From the human T2T-CHM13v2.0 reference genome, Homo sapiens: a stretch of 64,000 nucleotides of DNA. The notes under the pieces were generated by a model that worked only from the letters and a program-made list of their open reading frames with translations, did not search any database and was not told where the DNA came from. Both the position numbers and the translations under genes were made by a program. This document shows, piece after piece, positions 51,801 to 61,230 of this stretch. The stretch lies in assembly GCF_009914755.1 (NCBI RefSeq), contig NC_060947.1. One strand, 5' to 3'. How positions within the stretch are numbered: the first letter of the stretch is position 1; every line of letters begins with the position of its first letter.

Positions 51801-54800
51801 ATGCAAACATCCCAAAGAAGTTTCTGAGAATGCTTCCGTTTAGCTTTTAGGTGAGGATTATCCCGTTTCCAACGAAACCTTCAAAGAGGTCCAAATATCC
51901 CCTTGCGGATCCCACAGAAAGAGTGTTTCGAAACTGCTGTTTCAAAAGGAATCTTCAACTCTGTGAGTTGAATGCAATCATCACAAAGAAGTTTCTGACA
52001 ATGCTTCTCTCTCGTCTTTCTGTGAAGATAAAGGAAAAGGCTTTCAGGCCTTTTCCACCACAGGCCTGAAAGCGCTCCAAATGTCCACTTGCAGATTCTG
52101 CGAAAAGAATATTTCAAAACTGCTCTATGAAAAGCAATGTTAAACTCTGTGGCTCGAACACAAACATCACAAAGCAGTTTCTGAGAATGCTTCAGTTTAG
52201 TTTTTCTGTGGAAATATTCCCGTTTCCAAAGAAATCTTCAAAGAGGTCCACGTATCCACTTACAGATTCTACAAAAAGACAGTTTCAAAACTGCTCCATC
52301 AAAAGGAGGGTTCAACTGTGTGACTTCAATGCAATCATCACTCAGAAGTTTCTGAGAATGCTTCTCTTTAGTTTTTACGTGAACATATACCCGTTTCGAA
52401 CGAAGGCCACCCAGTGGTCCAAATATCCACTTGCAGATTCTACAGAAAGAGTGTTTCGAACCTGAACTCTCAAAGGCAGGTTCATCTCTGCGAGTTAAAT
52501 GCATTCATCATGAAGAACTTTCTCAGAGTATTTGTGTTTAGTTATGGGAAATTATTCCCGTTTCCAAAGAAATCCTCAGAGAGCTCCAAATATCCACCTG
52601 CAGATTCTACCAAAAGTGTATTTGGAAACTGCTCCATCAAAAGGCATGTTCAGCTCTGTGAGTGAAACTCCATCATCACAAAGAATATTCTGAGAATGCT
52701 TCCGTTTGCCTTTTATATGAAGTTCCTTCCTGTACTACCGTAGGCCTCAAAGCAGTCCAAATCTCCATTTGCAGATTCTACAAAAAGAGTGATTCCAATC
52801 TGCTCTATCAATAGGATTGTTCAACTCCATGAGTTGAATGCCATCCTCACAAAGTAGTTTCTGAGAATGCTTCTATCTGGTTTTTGTGTGAAGATATTTC
52901 CTTTTCCACCACAGGCCTCAAAGCCCTCCAAACGTCCACTTGCAGATTCTCGAAAAAGAGTGTTTCATAGCTGCTCTTTCAAAAGGAAAGTTCAACTCTG
53001 GGAGTTGAATACAAACATCACAAAATAGTTTCCGAGAATGCTTCAGTTTAGTTTTTATGTGAAGATGATCCCGTTTCCAGTGAAATCTTCAAAGAGGTCC
53101 ACATATCCCCTTGCAGATTCCAAAGAAAGAGGGTTTCAAAACTGCTCCATCAGAAGGATTGTTCAACTCTGTGAGTTGAATGCAGTCATCGCAGAAAACT
53201 TTCTGAGAATGCTTCTGTCTAGGTTTGATGTGAAGATATAGATGTTTCAAACGAAGGCTACAAAGTGGTCAAAATATACACTTGCAGATTCTACTACAAG
53301 GGTGTTGCAAACCTGAACTATCAAAGGAAGGTTCAACTCTGTGAGTTGAATACAAACATCACAAAGAATGTTCTGAGTTTGCTTCCGTTCAGTTATGGGA
53401 AGTTGATCCCGTTTCCAACGAAATCCTCAGAGAGGTCCAAATATCCCCTTGCAGATTCTACAAAACGTGGGTTTGGAAACTGCTCCATCATAACGAATGT
53501 TCAGCTCCCTGAGTTAAACTCCATCGTCACAAAGAATTTTCTGAGAGTGCTACCGTCTGGTTTTTATATGAAGTTCTTTCCTTCACTACCACAGGCCTCA
53601 AAGCGGTCCAAATCTCCACTTGCAGATTCTACAAAAAGAGTGTTTGCAAACTGCTCTATCAAAAGGAATGTTCAACTCTGGGAGTTGAATGCAATCATCA
53701 CAGAGCAGTTTCTGAGAATGCTTCTATGTCGTTTTTAGGAGAAGATATTTCCTTTTCCAACACAATCCTCCAAGCCCGCTAAATAGCCACTTGCACATTG
53801 TAGAAAAAGTGTGTCAAAGCTGCGCTATCAAAGGGAAAGTTCAACTCTGTGAGGTGAATGCAAACATCCCAAAGAAGTTTCTGAGAATGCTTCCGTTTAG
53901 CTTTTAGGTGAAGATTATCCCGTTTCCAACGAAACCTTCAAAGAGGTCCAAATATCCCCTTGCGGATCCCACAGAAAGAGTGTTTCGAAACTGCTGTTTC
54001 AAAAGGAATCTTCAACTCTGTGAGTTGAATGCAATCATCACAAAGAAGTTTCTGACAATGCTTCTCTCTCGTCTTTCTGTGAAGATAAAGGAAAAGGCTT
54101 TCAGGCCTTTTCCACCACAGGCCTGAAAGCGCTCCAAATGTCCACTTGCAGATTCTGCCAAAAGAATATTTCAAAACTGCTCTATGAAAAGCAATGTTAA
54201 ACTCTGTGGCTGGAACACAAACATCACAAAGCGGTTTCTGAGAATGTTTCAGTTTAGTTTTTCTGTGGAAATATTCCCGTTTCCAAAGAAATCTTCAAAG
54301 AGGTCCACGTATCCACTTACAGATTCTACAAAAAGACAGTTTCAAAACTGCTCCATCAAAAGGACGGTTCAACTGTGTGACTTGAATGCAATCATCACTC
54401 AGAAGTTTCTGAGAATGCTTCTCTTTAGTTTTTACGTGAACATATACCCGTTTCGAACGAAGGCCACCCAGTGGTCCAAATATCCACTTGCAGATTCTAC
54501 AGAAAGAGTGTTTCGAACCTGAACTCTCAAAGGCAGGTTCATCTCTGCGAGTTAAATGCATTCATCATGAAGAACTTTCTCAGAGTGTTTGTGTTTAGTT
54601 ATGGGAAATTATTCCCGTTTCCAACGAAATCCTCAGAGAGCTCCAAATATCCACCTGCAGATTCTACCAAAAGTGTATTTGGAAACTGCTCCATCAAAAG
54701 GCATGTTCAGCTCTGTGAGTGAAACTCCATCATCACAAAGAATATTCTGAGAATGCTTCCGTTTGCCTTTTATATGAAGTTCCTTCCTGTACTACCGTAG

Positions 54801-57800
54801 GCCTCAAAGCAGTCCAAATCTCCATTTGCAGATTCTACAAAAAGAGTGATTCCAATCTGCTCTATCAATAGGATTGTTCAACTCCATGAGTTGAATGCCA
54901 TCCTCACAAAGTAGTTTCTGAGAATGCTTCTATCTGGTTTTTGTGTGAAGATATTTCCTTTTCCACCACAGGCCTCAAAGCCCTCCAAACGTCCACTTGC
55001 AGATTCTCGAAAAAGAGTGTTTCATAGCTGCTCTTTCAAAAGGAAAGTTCAACTCTGGGAGTTGAATGCAAACATCACAAAATAGTTTCCGAGAATGCTT
55101 CTGTTTAGTTTTTATGTGAAGATGATCCCGTTTCCAGTGAAATCTTCAAAGAGGTCCACATATCCCCTTGCAGATTCCAAAGAAAGAGGGTTTCAAAACT
55201 GCTCCATCAGAAGGATTGTTCAACTCTGTGAGTTGAATGCAGTCATCGCAGAAAACTTTCTGAGAATGCTTCTGTCTAGGTTTGATGTGAAGATATAGAC
55301 GTTTCAAACGAAGGCTACAAAGTGGTCAAAATATACACTTGCAGATTCTACTACAAGGGTGTTGCAAACCTGAACTATCAAAGGAAGGTTCAACTCTGTG
55401 AGTTGAATACAAACATCACAAAGAATGTTCTGAGTTTGCTTCCGTTCAGTTATGGGAAGTTGATCCCGTTTCCAACGAAATCCTCAGAGAGGTCCAAATA
55501 TCCCCTCGCAGATTCTACAAAACGTGTGTTTGGAAACTGCTCCATCATAACGAATGTTCAGCTCCCTGAGTTAAACTCCATCGTCACAAAGAATTTTCTG
55601 AGAGTGCTACCGTCTGGTTTTTATATGAAGTTCTTTCCTTCACTACCACAGGCCTCAAAGCGGTCCAAATCTCCACTTGCAGATTCTACAAAAAGAGTGT
55701 TTGCAAACTGCTCTATCAAAAGGAATGTTCAACTCTGGGAGTTGAATGCAATCATCACAGAGCAGTTTCTGAGAATGCTTCTATGTCGTTTTTAGGAGAA
55801 GATATTTCCTTTTCCAACACAGTCCTCCAAGCCCGCTAAATAGCCACTTGCACATTGTAGAAAAAGTGTGTCAAAGCTGCGCTATCAAAGGGAAAGTTCA
55901 ACTCTGTGAGGTGAATGCAAACATCCCAAAGAAGTTTCTGAGAATGCTTCCGTTTAGCTTTTAGGTGAAGATTATCCCGTTTCCAACGAAACCTTCAAAG
56001 AGGTCCAAATATCCCCTTGCGGATCCCACAGAAAGAGTGTTTCGAAACTGCTGTTTCAAAAGGAATCTTCAACTCTGTGAGTTGAATGCAATCATCACAA
56101 AGAAGTTTCTGACAATGCTTCTCTCTCGTCTTTCTGTGAAGATAAAGGAAAAGGCTTTCAGGCCTTTGCCACCACAGGCCTGAAAGCGCTCCAAATGTCC
56201 ACTTGCAGATTCTGCCAAAAGAATATTTCAAAACTGCTCTATGAAAAGCAATGTTAACCTCTGCGGCTCGAACACAAACATCACAAAGCGGTTTCTGAGA
56301 ATGCTTCAGTTTAGTTTTTCTGTGGAAATATTCCCGTTTCCAAAGAAATCTTCAAAGAGGTCCACGTATCCACTTACAGATTCTACAAAAAGACAGTTTC
56401 AAAACTGCTCCATCAAAAGGAGGGTTCAACTGTGTGACTTGAATGCAATCATCACTCAGAAGTTTCTGAGAATGCTTCTCTTTAGTTTTTACGTGAACAT
56501 ATACCCGTTTCGAACGAAGGCCACCCAGTGGTCCAAATATCCACTTGCAGATTATACAGAAAGAGTGTTTCGAACCTGAACTCTCAAAGGCAGGTTCATC
56601 TCTGCGAGTTAAATGCATTCATCATGAAGAACTTTCTCAGCGTGTTTGTGTTTAGTTATGGGAAATTATTCCCGTTTCCAACGAAATCCTCAAAGAGCTC
56701 CAAATATCCACCTGCAGATTCTACCAAAAGTGTATTTGGAAACTGCTCCATCAAAAGGCATGTTCAGCTCTGTGAGTGAAACTCCATCATCACAAAGAAT
56801 ATTCTGAGAATGCTTCCGTTTGCCTTTTATATGAAGTTCCTTCCTATACGACCGTAGGCCTCAAAGCAGTCCAAATCTCCATTTGCAGATTCTACAAAAA
56901 GAGTGATTCCAATCTGCTCTATCAATAGGATTGTTCAACTCCATGAGTTGAATGCCATCCTCACAAAGTAGTTTCTGAGAATGCTTCTATCTAGTTTTTA
57001 TGTGAAGATATTTCCTTTTCCACCACAGGCCTCAAAGCCCTCCAAACGTCCACTTGCAGATTCTCGAAAAAGAGTGTTTCATAGCTGCTCTTTCAAAAGG
57101 AAAGTTCACCTCTGGCAGTTGAATACAAACATCACAAAGTAGTTTCCGAGAATGCTTCTGTTTAGTTTTTATGTGAAGATGATCCCGTTTCCAGTGAAAT
57201 CTTCAAAGAGGTCCACATATCCCCTTGCAGATTCCAAAGAAAGAGGGTTTCAAAACTGCTCCATCAGAAGGATTGTTCAACTCTGTGAGTTGAATGCAGT
57301 CATCGCAGAAAACTTTCTGAGAATGCTTCTGTCTAGGTTTGATGTGAAGATATAGACGTTTCAAACGAAGGCTACAAAGTGGTCAAAATATACACTTGCA
57401 GATTCTACTACAAGGGTGTTGCAAACCTGAACTATCAAAGGAAGGTTCAACTCTGTGAGTTGAATGCAAACATCACAAAGAATGTTCTGAGTTTGCTTCC
57501 GTTCAGTTATGGGAAGTTGATCCCGTTTCCAACGAAATCCTCAGAGAGGTCCAAATATCCCCTTGCAGATTCTACAAAACGTGTGTTTGGAAACTGCTCC
57601 ATCATAACGAATGTTCAGCTCCCTGAGTTAAACTCCATCGTCACAAAGAATTTTCTGAGAGTGCTACCGTCTGGTTTTTATATGAAGTTCTTTCCTTCAC
57701 TACCACAGGCCTCAAAGCGGTCCAAATCTCCACTTGCAGATTCTACAAAAAGAGTGTTTGCAAACTGCTCTATCAAAAGGAATGTTCAACTCTGGGAGTT

Positions 57801-60800
57801 GAATGCAATCATCACAGAGCAGTTTCTGAGAATGCTTCTATGTCGTTTTTAGGAGAAGATATTTCCTTTTCCAACACAATCCTCCAAGCCCGCTAAATAG
57901 CCACTTGCACATTGTAGAAAAAGTGTGTCAAAGCTGCGCTATCAAAGGGAAAGTTCAACTCTGTGAGGTGAATGCAAACATCCCAAAGAAGTTTCTGAGA
58001 ATGCTTCCGTTTAGCTTTTAGGTGAAGATTATCCCGTTTCCAACGAAACCTTCAAAGAGGTCCAAATATCCCCTTGCGGATCCCACAGAAAGAGTGTTTC
58101 GAAACTGCTGTTTCAAAAGGAATCTTCAACTCTGTGAGTTGAATGCAATCATCACAAAGAAGTTTCTGACAATGCTTCTCTCTCGTCTTTCTGTGAAGAT
58201 AAAGGAAAAGGCTTTCAGGCCTTTGCCACCACAGGCCTGAAAGCGCTCCAAATGTCCACTTGCAGATTCTGCGAAAAGAATATTTCAAAACTGCTCTATG
58301 AAAAGCAATGTTAAACTCTGTGGCTGGAACACAAACATCACAAAGCGGTTTCTGAGAATGTTTCAGTTTAGTTTTTCTGTGGAAATATTCCCGTTTCCAA
58401 AGAAATCTTCAAAGAGGTCCACGTATCCACTTACAGATTCTACAAAAAGACAGTTTCAAAACTGCTCCATCAAAAGGAGGGTTCAACTGTGTGACTTGAA
58501 TGCAATCATCACTCAGAAGTTTCTGAGAATGCTTCTCTTTAGTTTTTACGTGAACATATACCCGTTTCGAACGAAGGCCACCCAGTGGTCCAAATATCCA
58601 CTTGCAGATTATACAGAAAGAGTGTTTCGAACCTGAACTCTCAAAGGCAGGTTCATCTCTGCGAGTTAAATGCATTCATCATGAAGAACTTTCTCAGAGT
58701 GTTTGTGTTTAGTTATGGGAAATTATTCCCGTTTCCAACGAAATCCTCAGAGAGCTCCAAATATCCACCTGCAGATTCTACCAAAAGTGTATTTGGAAAC
58801 TGCTCCATCAAAAGGCATGTTCAGCTCTGTCAGTGAAACTCCATCATCACAAAGAATATTCTGAGAATGCTTCCGTTTGCCTTTTATATGAAGTTCCTTC
58901 CTGTACTACCGTAGGCCTCAAAGCAGTCCAAATCTCCATTTGCAGATTCTACAAAAAGAGTGATTCCAATCTGCTCTATCAATAGGATTGTTCAACTCCA
59001 TGAGTTGAATGCCATCCTCACAAAGTCGTTTCTGAGAATGCTTCTATCTGGTTTTTGTGTGAAGATATTTCCTTTTCCACCACAGGCCTCAAAGCCCTCC
59101 AAACGTCCACTTGCAGATTCTCGAAAAAGAGTGTTTCATAGCTGCTCTTTCAAAAGGAAAGTTCAACTCTGGGAGTTGAATGCAAACATCACAAAATAGT
59201 TTCCGAGAATGCTTCTGTTTAGTTTTTATGTGAAGATGATCCCGTTTCCAGTGAAATCTTCAAAGAGGTCCACATATCCCCTTGCAGATTCCAAAGAAAG
59301 AGGGTTTCAAAACTGCTCCATCAGAAGGATTGTTCAACTCTGTGAGTTGAATGCAGTCATCGCAGAAAACTTTCTGAGAATGCTTCTGTCTAGGTTTGAT
59401 GTGAAGATATAGACGTTTCAAACGAAGGCTACAAAGTGGTCAAAATATACACTTGCAGATTCTACTACAAGGGTGTTGCAAACCTGAACTATCAAAGGAA
59501 GGTTCAACTCTGTGAGTTGAATACAAACATCACAAAGAATGTTCTGAGTTTGCTTCCGTTCAGTTATGGGAAGTTGATCCCGTTTCCAACGAAATCCTCA
59601 GAGAGGTCCAAATATCCCCTCGCAGATTCTACAAAACGTGTGTTTGGAAACTGCTCCATCATAACGAATGTTCAGCTCCCTGAGTTAAACTCCATCGTCA
59701 CAAAGAATTTTCTGAGAGTGCTACCGTCTGGTTTTTATATGAAGTTCTTTCCTTCACTACCACAGGCCTCAAAGCGGTCCAAATCTCCACTTGCAGATTC
59801 TACAAAAAGAGTGTTTGCAAACTGCTCTATCAAAAGGAATGTTCAACTCTGGGAGTTGAATGCAATCATCACAGAGCAGTTTCTGAGAATGCTTCTATGT
59901 CGTTTTTAGGAGAAGATATTTCCTTTTCCAACACAGTCCTCCAAGCCCGCTAAATATCCACTTGCACATTGTAGAAAAAGTGTGTCAAAGCTGCGCTATC
60001 AAAGGGAAAGTTCAACTCTGTGAGGTGAATGCAAACATCCCAAAGAAGTTTCTGAGAATGCTTCCGTTTAGCTTTTAGGTGAAGATTATCCCGTTTCCAA
60101 CGAAACCTTCAAAGAGGTCCAAATATCCCCTTGCGGATCCCACAGAAAGAGTGTTTCAAAACTGCTGTTTCAAAAGGAATCTTCAACTCTGTGAGTTGAA
60201 TGCAATCATCACAAAGAAGTTTCTGACAATGCTTCTCTCTCGTCTTTCTGTGAAGATAAAGGAAAAGGCTTTCAGGCCTTTGCCACCACAGGCCTGAAAG
60301 CGCTCCAAATGTCCACTTGCAGATTCTGCGAAAAGAATATTTCAAAACTGCTCTATGAAAAGCAATGTTAAACTCTGTGGCTGGAACACAAACATCACAA
60401 AGCGGTTTCTGAGAATGTTTCAGTTTAGTTTTTCTGTGGAAATATTCCCGTTTCCAAAGAAATCTTCAAAGAGGTCCACGTATCCACTTACAGATTCTAC
60501 AAAAAGACAGTTTCAAAACTGCTCCATCAAAAGGAGGGTTCAACTGTGTGACTTGAATGCAATCATCACTCAGAAGTTTCTGAGAATGCTTCTCTTTAGT
60601 TTTTACGTGAACATATACCCGTTTCGAACGAAGGCCACCCAGTGGTCCAAATATCCACTTGCAGATTCTACAGAAAGAGTGTTTCGAACCTGAACTCTCA
60701 AAGGCAGGTTCATCTCTGCGAGTTAAATGCATTCATCATGAAGAACTTTCTCAGAGTATTTGTGTTTAGTTATGGGAAATTATTCCCGTTTCCAAAGAAA

Positions 60801-61230
60801 TCCTCAGAGAGCTCCAAATATCCACCTGCAGATTCTACCAAAAGTGTATTTGGAAACTGCTCCATCAAAAGGCATGTTCAGCTCTGTGAGTGAAACTCCA
60901 TCATCACAAAGAATATTCTGAGAATGCTTCCGTTTGCCTTTTATATGAAGTTCCTTCCTGTACTACCGTAGGCCTCAAAGCAGTCCAAATCTCCATTTGC
61001 AGATTCTACAAAAAGAGTGATTCCAATCTGCTCTATCAATAGGATTGTTCAACTCCATGAGTTGAATGCCATCCTCACAAAGTAGTTTCTGAGAATGCTT
61101 CTATCTGGTTTTTGTGTGAAGATATTTCCTTTTCCACCACAGGCCTCAAAGCCCTCCAAACGTCCACTTGCAGATTCTCGAAAAAGAGTGTTTCATAGCT
61201 GCTCTTTCAAAAGGAAAGTTCAACTCTGGG
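36852..61230. repeat. Internal duplication block B (HOR units 19-30, containing one extra HOR)
   Basis: Shares with block A, in order: GAGAAAGCTT (77/36928), CENP-B loss (286/37137), GTGTCGAAG (2740/39588 and 41645), the 11-mer junction (12055/50961), the GTGAGGATT + AAAGCAGTT + GACTTCAAT unit (12302/51208), AAGGACGG (units 14359/53265) and GTTAACCTC (units 16416/55322). Confidence 0.88.
49322..51207 (-). repeat. Second copy of the same 11-mer structural variant HOR
   Basis: Anchor spacing 49322 to 51208 is 1,886, with an identical junction at 50961-50975. Confidence 0.96.
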
